A stretch of DNA of 62,846 nucleotides, filler included, from Choristocarpus tenellus KU-1152 (taxonomy: Eukaryota > Protista > Phaeophyceae): assembly GCA_964200185.2 (NCBI GenBank). It is 13 parts of 13 records of this genome, joined end to end, with 100 filler letters (N's around TTAATTAATTAA, not from the genome) between each part and the next. Parts side by side here need not be neighbours in the genome. Positions count along the whole stretch, not along the records: positions 10,969 to 15,074 come from CAXNAD020016176.1; positions 15,175 to 20,309 come from CAXNAD020011762.1; positions 20,410 to 26,982 come from CAXNAD020007839.1; 10 more parts are not named here. One strand, written 5' to 3'. Under the pieces are notes generated by a model, which did not search any database, had not been told where the DNA came from, and saw nothing but the letters and a program-made list of their open reading frames with translations. Below, in pieces: positions 12,665 through 25,754 of the stretch (its first letter is position 1; each line of letters starts with the position of its first letter). The position numbers and the translations under genes are program-made.

Positions 12665-13152
12665 CAGAACAGTATCTACAAGCGACAATCCCCTCACTTG
12701 GGTTTGCCCGAGCAATCCCTACAATATCGCTGGGAGGGCCCTAGAAGTGGCACCACAAACCATTTGTACCATATCCCGCCCAAGCCATCTCAACAAACAC
12801 GAGCAACACACACAGACTACGTCCATGAAACGGAACAAGCTATACCTATTTCAAGACGATGGATGGGCTGGCTTGCAACGGGTGATATAACCTGATAGTA
12901 AGACATTGACACTCTCTCTCGTAACCTAACCCATGGATGTACCCCTCTTGCTCTTGACCCAGTAGTGGGCAGACAACATTACCCCATACCCTGCCACTTC
13001 CTCCAGCCCAGCATATGTCATTCTTTCCTTGGGTGAAAAGCTTTACCTCCGAGAGGTCACTCTGTACGATACCCGTTGCTTCTTCCCGTAGTGAAGCCTG
13101 CCATTCCCCATCATGCAGGAAATGCTGTGGATCTGGGCGCCCAATACAATTA

Positions 13153-13410
13153 AAGTGAATTTATCTTTAAGGGTATCAGTTTTTCCCTGTTTGTCCATTT
13201 GGGGCTTGACTTCCCAGGGGTTTCTTACGAAAATTTCCTAGTCCGAAATGTTTTGGAGTAGGTAAAATGTATACCTTATGAAAAGGTGTGTCCGGAGCAA
13301 GGATATTAACACTTGCTAACAAACACGATAGTCAAAATTACATCAAAATCGCGACATTGGATTTTGACCCCCGTTTGGACGTGGCTATACCCTCTAAGAT
13401 ACGTTGACTC
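13153..13410. mobile_element. MITE family A, TSD TTA
   Basis: Full interior match; ends ccctctaagatacgttgactc. Confidence 0.88.
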
Positions 13411-16119
13411 TTATCCTCTTGCTGATTACTGCCAGGCACACAACAGCAGTGGTGATACGCCCTCAAGAGGGACAGATTTGATGTCCCCTGCCTGGAAGGT
13501 TACGTTGTGTGGCATTGTTTGGGCGGTGGAGCCATCCTGCCATGGGGATCATCTGGGTTCACTGCATTGTTTCGGGTCTGACTTGGCTGTGGAATTGTGT
13601 GAGGGATGGAGTCACTGCAATGGATCTATAGTGCCAGTTATTTGTTAGGGCATTCGCACCTAGTCATTCTGACTGAGCAGACGGGAGATTATACACTGTG
13701 TGCTGCGTACAGTACGGATGGATGTCTCCAGGACGGGTTCAGAACCCCCTGACTTATCCTCTCTAGATGTCCTCACCTAGCCTTCTGAAGAGAGTTATTC
13801 CGACACCAGGTCAGTAACACTCACATCTTGCATCCCTTAGGTTGCCGGAAATTCCTACTCGGGATCGTCTGCAACCCAATGGTTGCAATGCCCCGATTAT
13901 GTTGTCTGCTAGAATGCGCAAACCAGATTGACGATAATGTTTGCAGGGTCTCCCAGCAATAAGAACTGTCCACAATATGGACCAAATTTAGAGCCTTGTC
14001 GGCAGGAGAAATGATGAGATCACCGATGTGGAGAGAGATGAAGAGGTGCAGGTCATTGCCCAGTGGACATTTGTGTTTGGTCCAATTTCGCATGCCAGTG
14101 TCATGGACCTAAACTCAAGCGTACTCTTTACGGAACTATCTGATCTGTCCAGCGGCTAATGGCGCAGAAGATGGGGAGAATTGGAGTACTTCTTCTGCGC
14201 TGAATCAATAAAGAGAGCTTCGATACCCGAATCAACCGAGATACGTAAGGGCTAGGGGTATCAACAAGTTTTGCACTTGCTCTAGATTATATGTGCATGT
14301 TTAATAGATCAATACTTCTTACCAAGAACGCACTACTTTCTATTTTAAATATTCATGAGTGTAAATAGAAGGCTGTGATATATTTCACATTGGTGTTTCC
14401 TGATGCTGCTCGCAGTGAGTGTAGAGGATTGAGAGTATGCAAAAGAGAGCTATTCCAATAGAGTCTTTTCATTATGCTGTATGGATGTGTTTATTAGCGG
14501 AGTCAGCACTACCCTCAAGGTGGGGGGTGCTCTCCCTTATTATTTAATTCATTCGTCATCAAACACGTCAGAAATATGTTTGAAATATGTTCAGTCACTT
14601 ATAAGTTCAAGTTAAACTACGTTAGTTGCTGTTCCACTATAACCATATAGACTACCAGTCTATATTGCACACTCCCCCATGAGCGTGCAGCAAAGTTGCT
14701 GACAAAGGCTCACACCTGATGCGAAAGCACGGAATTCACAAAATTAGAAGTAAGATATTGAACTATCCCACACTGGACCCGCGACTTTTATGGTGCTATA
14801 ATGAAGGACAAAGAACAGCTTGATATAGATGAACAATGTTAGAAATACAATGGCCTTTATGGTCTCGATTCCGCTGGCTGAGCTCGTGGGTGAAACTCTA
14901 GCCTTAACTACCATAATTACTCTATAGTGTGGGGTTTTAATCCTCAACACTAATTTACTATGAATTACTCATTTACTTATCTTAAGTATAGGAAGTGTAT
15001 CTTGAACATGATATAACCAATCAACACTATGAGTCAGTACATATAATATATCTGTCACTGGCTCTCTACCCTATNNNNNNNNNNNNNNNNNNNNNNNNNN
15101 NNNNNNNNNNNNNNNNNNTTAATTAATTAANNNNNNNNNNNNNNNNNNNNNNNNNNNNNNNNNNNNNNNNNNNNGGGGGGGGGGTGGCGGCTGTCCATTT
15201 GGGGCCTATTCAATAAAATTAATATATATATATTTCGATGGGTTTTTTCATGACACACACAAACCGTCCCTTCTTCACATTTGAAGTTGTGGCAAGGTCA
15301 CCAATTGCAATTGTCTCATTTGTCGCGTTTAGTCGCTTCTCTGTTTTAAAACCTCTTTAATGGTTCAACCCTTTCTTCCCCATCTCCGATCTCGACTCTT
15401 TTTACTTCTCTTTTGCGTGTCAATTGTTGATGGGTCTAGTAAAATAGTTACCCATGCCCATCATGGAAGCATAGGAGATGCTTGAGGGCGACACACATGT
15501 GATAATGCCTCATTCTAACCCTTCCATCTACAATATACGAGTGGACCTCGAGAACACAGTGTGGACGTGCTGCACCTTCACAGCTACCACCCCTGAACAA
15601 GTATAAGCAAAATGATGTACGCCAGTGTGCAAGCCATTGTTATCTGATTTCATCAACCGCTTCGGTACAAGAGGAAGATTGCCCACCTCTTCATGGGTGA
15701 GAACAGGCAGCCCAGAAGGCTTAAGTGGAGTAGGTTCTGGCTGCTTCTCTGGACTCCAGAACCAAAACCCTTAACAGGATTCCAGAGAATGGGCGTAGAG
15801 ACATTTGGAGGCAGGTAAGTTGGACATTCTAGGCATTGTGGAGGATGATCATAGAGTACAGGATGCAGAAAATAGTCCCGTGGTGAAACCAAGCCCACAC
15901 CCAAGTACTACCCATCTTGACCAGCGGCAGCCCTCCGATAAAAAAATTATGCAGTTCATAAGAGCTTCCCTTTGAATGTGTGGGGGGGATTTGCCAGGAT
16001 TTAGCGGGATGGTGTTACTTGTGGTCAGGGAGCACATGGAAGCAGCACGTTCTGAAGAGCTTGATGCCTTCAAGCTTGCAGGAGGGTTCGTGGTAATTAA
16101 TACTGGTGCTGGAGCTTAC

Positions 16120-16330
16120 AACAACCCGCTCAAGTGGTGGTAGGAAGGACCTCCAAGGGTTCCTCACCTGCCCAAACTTGCCCGCCACACTTCATCCATT
16201 CCTGTTACACAAACAAGCAGACTCAGAGCACATGCCTTCAACCTCTAGGAATGTTATGACCTCGAAACGGAACAAACTGAACCAAGATGATGTGTAACTC
16301 CTTGTCTTCCAACATGACAGCTCGATGAAG
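16120..16330 (+). pseudogene. hAT transposase C-terminal dimerisation-domain remnant
   Basis: NPLKWW*EGPPRVPHLPKLARHTSSIPVT..DSEHMPSTSRNVMTSKRNKLNQDDV*LLVF matches the hATC pattern (PLxWW...PxLxxLAR..IPATS..SERxFS...KRxxL...VExLVF). Confidence 0.75.
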
Positions 16331-16902
16331 GTGGAGGCATGGGAGGCTGCTAAGAAAGGTGGTAGAGAGGACACCGCCTGGAGGCTGTAGGAGTTACAGC
16401 AGGATCATTGTGCAGGCACACATATACGTGACAAACAAACAAAAGACGGTTGTAATATATTTTTTTATGCTCCGGAGTATGAAGTATCCAATTCCATTAT
16501 GCTCCTCTGGACAACTCTTCAATCCGTTTTTCTTCAGCACAAACATAAATGTACTAAAAAAATCTCTCACGCATCACATCGAGGTATGTCTATTAATAAT
16601 GTGGAAAGGTTGACACAAATTTTGTTTTAATAGGTGTATAAATCAAGAATACCTGGACAAAATTTCAGTGCGCGCAAGACGAACAGGGAGTCCTGGGCAC
16701 TGCGCACCTAGACCAGTGCTCATCGCGCACGGTTCGATTTTAATTGAGCACATCGAAAGTGTTCTAGCTGATTTGGCTTACAATCACTAATTCTTTCAAT
16801 TTGTAACACCACTCTTTTGGGGGTCCTCCTCAACTCCTTTAAAAATACCCCCAAAAATCTCAGGGTTTTTCAACAAGGCCAAGCAGTTAGCATCTCTGTA
16901 TC

Positions 16903-18320
16903 TTATTATTATGCCCTCTGACATTTTCCAGATGTTCCATCCAGGGGAAAAATCAATGAAAACTATTCACATGTCAGAAAAATCCCTAAAGAAGTAACCG
17001 TTGTCACAGATGTGAAAATCATTCATGCATTTGCTATTTTACTACGTTTATGTTGTACCACTCCCTTCCTGTGTCTCTAACCTACCTATTCCTGCACCCC
17101 AGGGTGAAAAGCTAGGGAGGCATCCCAAGAATCAAATAACCCCCTCCTTGCTCATCTCCCTGGTGACTCCAGCTTAAAACGCATGACACGTCTGGATAGG
17201 GCTACCTGTGTTGATAGTCTCGTAGGCGGGATTTGACCGCCCCTTTCCTGCCATAGCCTCCAGTTCCTCTCCTCCTACTGCGTGCATAGCTAGCTCAACC
17301 AGGAAACATTCCGCTTGCTTGCCGAGGCACTCAAAACTTTCCAACGCAAAAGTTTTGACGTTACAACTACGAGGATCAAAAGAGTCCTCGTAGTGGTGCT
17401 TTCATGCCTCAGCTGCAGCAGCAACTACACCATTGCTGGTGGATGAGTGTGGAAGGTGGGAGGTTGCCTGCACTTCTGCAAATGTAACATCTAGCAGGAG
17501 GCCTTTGTCCCGGTAGGGGGCTGATCCTACGTCCGCGAGTGCCCGTGCATGGAAGACCAGATCCATGCGGAAATTCCTGTCTGCTATGAAGGGGTTACCA
17601 TGCTCTGTAGTGCAAGAGGTGACCATCCCCTTGTATAGTTGACTGAGACGTTTCACCATAGGGGTGTGTTGTGGCACCTAGCCTCCTGCTCAGGGGAAGG
17701 TACGGGTATGTATGGTGTCAACATTTTGCCTCCTGCTCCCATTCACCGGGCACCTGTTTGATAGGGCCTCCTACCCCCTTAGGGATCTGCTGGCGGTGAG
17801 TTTGAACTCAACGGGGGGGATCTGACATGCCAGCTTCAGGGGTTGTGTTGAGGCCCATGCATTTGCCCCTTGTACACACCAGCTCCTGTGGTGTGCAAGG
17901 GCTAGTGAGGAGCTTTCCTTCCCCTGTTATACTTCATTTGGTAGGCTGATTAGTTGTGTCCGGAAGGAGTAAAGACAGATCCTGTTCAGGAGGCGGGTGA
18001 TCTCGTGTTGAGCCCTCCTTGTGATCCTAGCGTCATGAGCTGCCAGAATGTGAACCTCTGGGACCGGTGTGGGCGATGTTGTTACCCCCCAGCTTACCCA
18101 GTGTTGGTCAATATTTTCCGCTAGGTCTTCTGAGGGGACACCTGTAGAGAGAAGGGTGTGGATGGACGATCCCAAGGCCCGTATTGTGGGGCTCGCACAA
18201 ACGGCTTGTGAGAAGGACTCGCCATGAGGCCCTTGCTGCCTTGCTAGGAGCGTGGGGAGAGTGGCTACTAGTGATTCTACGAATGCTGCGTGTTGGCGGT
18301 CTTTCAAAACGGCCATCTTG
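16903..18320 (-). mobile_element. 5'-truncated non-LTR retrotransposon with C-terminal restriction-like endonuclease (CRE-like), degenerate, (TAA)n tail
   Basis: Decayed zinc knuckle, then QH...RMDLV...LLLDVT...AAAAEA*KHHY...TFALESF..LG. The 3' UTR ends gtcagagggcataataataa. Confidence 0.72.
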
Positions 18321-18494
18321 AACCTGTCGATGGACAGCGTGGAAAGCAGGGTTGTCCATTATCATATCGTCATTGCCGTACGATATATACCATTACACCT
18401 ACTGAGTTTCCTTATCAGGAATCCTGGATTCCCATGGAAGAATTTTGGTATTCATTGAGGTGGAGAATTTATTACCCAATTCTGCAAGTAGTTG

Positions 18495-18650
18495 ATATCT
18501 GCAATTCTCTGCAGTCTTTGCACTTGTCCAACCTGGATCTCATCGTCTTGGTTACGGTTCGTCGTGGTTCATCTGGTTCGTCTTGCCCAGTGATTCTCTT
18601 TACTACCCTTGCCTGAGTGAACCACTTCGCCACAGAATCATACAATTTAC
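18495..18650. repeat. Dispersed repeat of about 150 bp (also 42095-42230 and 43065-43225)
   Basis: Shared core gcacttgtccaacct...ggttacggttcgtcgtggt..tctggt..gtcttgccca...cctgagtgaacca...gccacagaatcatac. Confidence 0.8.
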
Positions 18651-19415
18651 AGTAGAAATGGTTTGAAAGAACGCTACATATTATGCACACACTAAACATG
18701 TACATGTCCACATAGTGGACTGTTGAACTAGTACAAATCACAGTGGACATGGTCTGACATGTTTGAGGATACTAGACTGGGTCTGGCTGGCGGACGTGGA
18801 CCGATACAATATATATTGGACATGGTTCGGACATATTTGAGAAGTGTTTGACCCGATCCGGCTGGCGAGCATGGACCAGTTCAACACCCAGTAGACATGG
18901 ACTGGGAGATATCAAATAATTGTGGACCGGTCAGGTCAGAGAACAGGACCATTTTGATTTGGCAGTCTGGTGAAAAGTCCTGCAAAATCTCCATGGTTCG
19001 GTTCGGTTCGCAAAAAATATTGTCTACACTTCGTTCTGGGGGGACTATCCTGACCCGTGGTCAGAGGTACCACACATTTACGCTACTTATCATACTATCT
19101 TCTATGACCAACAAGCTGTTGTACTAGGACCAATGGTACTGCCTCTGTTACTTCCTCGTTTCGCTTTTATTGGGTTCAGCACTCCCACCACTATTGTTCC
19201 ACTTCCTCTCTCGAATCTTGTGCTGGTCTCGCCTTGACGTTTTCTACTCAATCTTAGTCCAGCATTTTTGTGGTAAAGTGTTAGACAGGAAAGTACAGGC
19301 AGGTGTACAATCTGTTGTGCTTGCCTCGAGGAAGTAGATTGTCGAAACCAGATTTCCTTGAATGAAATTTGAACCTATGCAATTCATGAAGGGAACAGGT
19401 ACCTTGACTACCTAA

Positions 19416-19659
19416 GAGCCAAAGTAAACGAGAGGTACCCAAGCTTTGAACGTGCTGCATTCTAAGCCATTTTTCTCATCTTCTGCAATTCACCCATATT
19501 TCTATGGATGGTTTGCTAAGATTGACTTGAGAATGTTGGTTTCTCTCTTGTATGAAAATTTCGCCAGAATCCAGAAAATTCCCCAGACGTATTTGTACAA
19601 AAACCCCGTAATTTCCAAATATTTGTCAGCATCTGGGTACCTCTCATTTATTTTGACTC
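19416..19659. mobile_element. MITE family C, TSD TAA
   Basis: gagccaaagtaaacgagaggtaccc...gggtacctctcatttattttgactc. Confidence 0.85.
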
Positions 19660-20247
19660 TAAGTCTCAAAGGATGTCCACAATGACTGCTCACTGCTTTT
19701 CCCCTCCCTGTTGTCTTCTTTGTGTGACATGCGATGAGTGATGTTTTTCGTCTTTGAGGGACCTAGAGCATATCTCAAAGTGGTTTTGTGAGTGGTGGTG
19801 CATTACATTTGGATCTCAGCTTGTTCATATTTTCTTCTATGTTAGTACTTGTTCTTTTCTCAGGCTGTGTGCGTTGCCTTTTTCTATCTGCATTTCAACC
19901 TCTCGTGTTTAGTATTCCTCAGACTATTATTGTGAAATGTATGTTTTATTAGAAATACACATACTAAGATTAACAACTCCATTAACTGTGACTAACTCTG
20001 AACTGTGACTCATTGCACTGCCTCAGTCCATGCCTCTCACAAGTTGGGTTCAACCAACTCGCCACTGGCTGCTCCACCCCTTCCTGTGAGTCTTGTGCTG
20101 AAGTTGCCGCAGTTTCACTTGGCAATGAAGCCTTGCCACTTCGTTCTTAGCCCAGCAATTTTGTGGCATAGTGACAGAGATAGGAATAGTACAGATATAC
20201 GAACCGCACAGCTTGCCACGTAGACTTCGAATAATTGAAAGCAAAAT

Positions 20248-20309
20248 GAGTGAAAGTATCTTAGAGGGTACGAGTTTTACCCTGTTTGTCCATTTGGTGC
20301 TTGGCTTCC
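20248..20309. mobile_element. MITE family A, partial at contig end
   Basis: gagtgaaagtatcttagagggtacgagtttt runs into the linker. Confidence 0.85.
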
Positions 20310-20496
20310 NNNNNNNNNNNNNNNNNNNNNNNNNNNNNNNNNNNNNNNNNNNNTTAATTAATTAANNNNNNNNNNNNNNNNNNNNNNNNNNNNNNNNNNN
20401 NNNNNNNNNCCCCCACACCCCCTTCCTCCGTGTTGTTAAAAAAGAAAAGCCCAACGGGGGGGGGGGCCAAAGGAGGGGGGGGGGGGGGGGGGGGTG

Positions 20497-20850
20497 TCTA
20501 CATGTGGTTTATGACGTGGACACTCTGCCAGGCTCTGCCAGGCTCATGATCTGATCCTCCGCTTCTATCACCACAATTTCTCCTCCTTTGCATAGGATTC
20601 CTCAAACAGGAACACACCGATCATGTCCCCTTCTACAAAGATGCTCTTACGAAAACTGGGTGCGGGAGTATCGAAGCAATGGTGCGCAAGTGGAGGCTCA
20701 TTTTTCCTGGGTCAGTTGCTGTCATGTGTAATGAGCTACTTTCCAAAATATCGATTGGTGTTTGGGGAGCTTGAGAATGGGAAACGGAAGAAAGGTGGAC
20801 AGGAGAACAACTAGTGAGCATGTCTCTAAGACGACCTTGTCAAGTTTGGG
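20497..20850 (+). mobile_element. RTE-clade LINE fragment, post-RT region
   Basis: CIGFLKQEHTDHVPFYKDALTKTGCGSIEAMVRKWRLIF...PK..LVFGELENGKRKKGGQ...DDLVKFG. Confidence 0.75.
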
Positions 20851-21323
20851 GCAGGGGTGGAGGGTCGGAGCATGGGGGCCACTAATCAACTGGGGCGGTA
20901 TGAGTGTGTGGCTAACTACACAGTGAGGTCCATGACTGAACGGCATTCCAAGGAACATGTCATAGCTGATGTACATCACACCAAAGCAGCAGCTCTGGTC
21001 GCCCAAACAACCAACACCACCACCGTCACCATCTGCTGAAATTCTGTTTTCTTTGTGGGCTTTTCTCTTCCATCCTTTGTTCGCTTTCTTTCTTCTCTGC
21101 CCCTTGGATTTTTGGATTTTTTTTTTCCTTTGTGGGTTGCGTATCCTCCTTTTGTTTCTTTTCTTTTCTTCTCGTTTTCTTTTTTACTTTTCTTCCACTA
21201 GGTTGGTTTTCTCTGTAGTCTTTGTCTTTTCTAGAGGAGTGTGTAGTGCCTTCTTCTTTGGACTAGTTCTGGAAAAGAGTGTGGGATCGTTCCGACTAAC
21301 AATAATGTGATCACGAATAAATG

Positions 21324-21491
21324 GACCCAAAGTATCTGGGGGGGGGGTCTACACCAGGGTGTCCATTTGGACCAAAACCAGGAAAAAGTGCACCTTCATT
21401 ATCTATCCAACGTATGGAACCAAATCACCCCAAAATCACGACATGAAAAAATTGGCCCCCAATTGGACAGCCGCCACCCATACTTTGAGCC
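21324..21491. mobile_element. MITE family B, TSD ATG
   Basis: gacccaaagtatctg-G-run...atactttgagcc; homologous to 24218 and 62636. Confidence 0.88.
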
Positions 21492-21669
21492 ATGGTGATA
21501 AATAATAATTGTGCCCCAACCTCCAATTTCAATTTACAAAAAAAAAAATGTTAAAAAGAAATCCCAAGTCCATGTTAAACTTACTTTTATTTCTTCGACT
21601 TTCATATATTCTTTCTTTTGTTGTGGAGGGGGTACAACGGAAACGACCACAATATGGTACCTTACATAT

Positions 21670-22145
21670 AACTATGCCCTCTGACATTTTGTAGATGTGT
21701 CAGGGAAAAAGTCCATCCAATCATAAGGACCCCTGTAAAAACAACTGTTGTAAATGTGAAAGATATATTTATTTCCAAAATCTCTTTACTATTTGACTAC
21801 CAGCTATACTACACCACTCTCACAAAAGCTCGCAGTTACAATGTTATGTGTACACTGCTGCTATGCCTCCAACCTAGCCTAGCCCTACACTACAGGGCAA
21901 GGAGCTAGGGAGGTATCCCAAGAATCTGACAGGCCCCTCCTTATCCATCTCCCTGGTGTCTCCAACTTGAAACACATGACACCTATTGAGAGAGCCACCC
22001 ATATGTCGTAAACAGGATTTGACAGCTCCTCTCCTGTTGTAATATCTCACCCCTCTTCCCCCTACGGCGTGTGTAGCCAACTCATCCAGAAAAAAATCTG
22101 TTTGATTACCGAGGTACCCAAAACTTTCCGCATCGAAAGTGTTGA
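21670..22145 (-). mobile_element. Second, shorter 3' copy of the RLE/CRE-like LINE
   Basis: Colinear with about 16910-17360 (agctagggagg.atcccaagaatc; atgccctctgacatttt). Confidence 0.75.
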
Positions 22146-24217
22146 ATTAATTGGATTTTAGAGGGGTAGTTACGTAGGTAGGTACTTGTACCTAAGGCAG
22201 AATCGACTATTTGGAAAGAAAAAAAGCAGGACTGAAAACACTCGTAATATTAACCTAGAGCTAACTTCTGTGCTGGGTTGATACTTTTTGGGTTAGGGTT
22301 AGAATAAAGAAAGGATAGATGGAATCCAAAAGTAGGTAACCTCAGCCTAGAAGTAGGTTGGGGGTGGTATTTTATTTTTTAGTACACTCTAGGGGGTGGT
22401 TGGTTTGACGATAGTTACCAATATCCAGACCTCCAATTGTTCTGACATTTGATTGTTTTTTCATTGGTTTTCCCCTGACACATCTCCAAAATGTGAGAGG
22501 CCGTAATAATAAAAATATCTACCCTTGTATGTATATACAAGATGTAGCGATACCTACATCTATCTTTAAGGAGTGGGAGAGAAGGGTAGGATTTTATTTG
22601 GGTAGGAGACTATGAAAATAGTGTGTGGAGGAATTATTTCGTCATCAGATCTATTTGGAGAGAAAAAGGAACAGTGGGTGAAATTCAAAAGAGAGGTAAA
22701 CTGACTTTGTTTGGTGTTTTTTTCCCCATTTTTTCCTTTTTCCATTATCTATTATTTTATTTTATTCTATTCTTTTGGGGTGACAACTATTTTTTTAATA
22801 CTATCTAATTGGTAGTATTTAATATGAGGGGAGTTAAAAAAAGAGGTGATTTCAGGATCGAACTGGGTTTTGTTGTTGGTCCGCCTTTACTGACGTAGCG
22901 AAAATTGTGTAGATTTCAATCACAATATATTCATAGAACAATAGGGAGGAATAATATAATCAATATATTTTTTATAGTAGAAGTGACAGATACAGGTACG
23001 GCAGATCACCATGAGTTTCTACTATATAGTTTAGAAACTTCGGTGGGATGGGATTTCATCGTTAACCAGAATTTGTAGAATTATTGAGAAGAGTCCGATA
23101 AATCGCGCGCTCTGTAAGGCTTTGTGCGTGGTGAGGGCAATTATTTGTCGTGCATCATTACTTGAAGTATCTGTAATATTTGACTAATAGTGAACGTACC
23201 TTTCTTTGTGTGGAAGTGTTTTGTGGGTGTATTGGTATCCCAGCTTGAAAACAAGATTAACAAAAAGTATCGCCCCCCTCACGAAGTAAAAAAGATAAAT
23301 AATAAGGCTCAAAAACGAAGTGTTGATTGATGGAGGAGCAGTATGGTAACTGATTCATGACATGAAGTGTGGGTTTAACACCACCCCAATTAAATGCACC
23401 ATGGGTTTTACCTAGATGGACAATACTACTCCAGTGAAAAAATAATGTTTTATGATGATATAACCTTCTTAGTTAGGGTCGTAATACTACTGTGATTATG
23501 CTTTTACTATCTACTCACTGCTTTAGTGATACTCATATATATCTCCCATATTGCTAAAGGGTCTCAACATGTCTCAAGACGACAATTATGACCAGTAACT
23601 AGTCCAGGTATACATAGATTCAAGTCAGGAGCTCCGTCAATTAAGTTCTCCCAGACCTTACCTGTTATAGTTTGACTACACACCAGTAGAATTAATTATC
23701 GAAGCCAAGTTTGTAGGTAAAGTCAACTACTATACTACAGCAATCCTTCGTGGCAGTTCAATTGCACCAGAAATAATTGCCACACAAAGTGTTCAAATTA
23801 CTTGCTGCACAACACACTCATTCCCCTGCTGTGAGAACACAGTGGGATAGTTATCGTTTCTGCCAGAATAAAACAATGACATGATTTCACACAAGACACT
23901 CTCATTTTCTGTTTTTCACACAGAATGGGATGGGATGCCATTTATAACCCGGCCAAAACAAAGGGATACAAATCAAATCCCTAAAATCACTTTAAGGGAT
24001 ACATCCCCTCCACATCAAGCTTATGGGGATTGAAATACAAAAAGTCCTATGAAATATATTTGCAACTAGCATGAGTATATCAGGATATATGAAGTCAAGT
24101 GATACTACTTCACATATTGAATGGGCTACCTGTTCTTGAGAAATAAGTATATTATCTCTTCGTTAGCAATAAACTAACCATCTACCTTCGACCTCCCAAT
24201 AAGGCTCCGGACATTTT

Positions 24218-24398
24218 GGACGAAAGTATCTGGGGGGGGAGGTGGCGGCTGTCCATTTGGTTCCATTTTTTCATGTCAATATTTTTGTGTGATTTGGTGG
24301 CATACGTCGGATGGATAATGTAAATCCACTTTTCCTGGTTTTGGACCAAATTGGACACCCTGGTGTAGACACCCCCCCCTCCCCAGATACTTTGTGTC
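24218..24398. mobile_element. MITE family B, TSD TTT
   Basis: ggacgaaagtatctg-G-run...C-run-agatactttgtgtc. Confidence 0.88.
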
Positions 24399-25390
24399 TT
24401 TGCAGACCCAAGCATTGGGACAGTACTACAAGCAGACTGACAAGTTTGCCTATCTTGGAGTCACCATCAGTGATATACCTGATATCAATGCTGAGATCAA
24501 TCAACAGGTTCAAAGAGCCTGGGGTTACTTCCGCAGGTGGAGTTTAAGTGCTTCATGACAAAACTAAGGTATAACATTTGAGAATCAGATTAGAATGCTC
24601 AAGGCTGAAGTATTTGTGGTTCTGTTATATGGTTGTGAGACGTGGACACTCCAGTCCACTGTGTGAAGCTTTGCTCACACCACCACAAGCTTGTCCTCCG
24701 CTACATGAGATTTTGCAATCAGGAAAGCATCGATCATTCTGATCACATACTTTCTTACAAACATAAGGGGGTTTGAGAGTATTGATGCGATTGTGTAAAG
24801 CGGAGATTCCTGATAGAGTCAAAGTATCTAAGAGGGCAGAGCCGCGTCCACTTGGGGGCCAAAATTTAATGTTGCGATTTTGATGTAATTTTGGCTATCG
24901 TGTTTGTTAGGAAGGCTCAATATCCTTGTTCGGACACACCTTTTCATAGCGTATACATTTTACCTACTCGAAAACATTTCGGGCTAGGAAAATATCATAA
25001 AAAACCCCGTGGGAATCCAAGCCCCAAATGGACGAACAGGGCAAAAATCATACCCTCTAAGATACTTTTACTCGTAGCAGAAGACAGTAGCAAGCATGAG
25101 GGATGGGCGACTTCCAAAGGCACTGGTTTCGGGGACCTTGGAGATGAAATACATAAGCAGAGTGGACAGGAGAGGAACTGGTGGATGTGCCTGCAAGACG
25201 CCTCGATAAGTTTGGGATCACATTCGAGGAAATGAGTACAAGGACAACAAACCAAACAGAGATGATACAAGTGTGTGGTTGAGGGCACAAAGAGCTTCAT
25301 GGGTGAACCCTATTCCAAGGAAGATGTAACCATTGCACGTCATGCCAAAGCTGTAGCTAAGGCAGCCCGAGAAAATAAGGGTATATGCGC
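24399..25390 (+). mobile_element. RTE-clade LINE 3' portion, degenerate, interrupted by a MITE
   Basis: YKQTDKFAYLGVTISDIPDINAEINQQVQRAWGYFRR...IRMLKAEVFVVLLYGCETWTL; homology continues after 25073. Confidence 0.8.
24816..25073. mobile_element. MITE family A inside an RTE LINE
   Basis: gagtcaaagtatctaagaggg...taccctctaagatacttttactc; flanks ata/gta (imperfect). Confidence 0.9.
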
Positions 25391-25497
25391 TCACTATTGT
25401 CTGCTGGATGTATATTTTCTACTTATTCAACCAGCCTCCAACTGTATTTGGAGATCACTAAATAGCACACGCGTAGAGTCAGAACACAACAGTTATT

Positions 25498-25754
25498 GAG
25501 TCAAAGTATCTTAGAGGGTAGAGCTTCGTCCGTTTGGGGCCTAAAATTAAAATTTGCGATTTTAATGTAATTCTGTCTATTGTGTTTGTTAGGAAGTGTC
25601 AACATCCTTGTTCCGGATGCACCTCTCATATTGTATACATTTTAGGTAACTGTGCTCACACAGAAAACCGAAAAAGGGCATAAAAAAATCGTGGGAAGCT
25701 AAGCCAGAACGGACAAACAGGGCACAATTCCTACCCTCTTATACGCTTTGATTC
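25498..25754. mobile_element. MITE family A, diverged
   Basis: gagtcaaagtatcttagagggta...ctaccctcttatacgctttgattc. Confidence 0.85.

Noticed and set aside
16910-17080. Site-specific target repeat shared by both CRE-like insertions
   Set aside because: Better explained as the element's own 3' UTR, since it ends in the (TAA)n tail and flanks beyond it differ.
20969-21310. Phe/Leu-rich membrane-protein ORF
   Set aside because: T/C-rich low-complexity DNA, with no splice or homology support.
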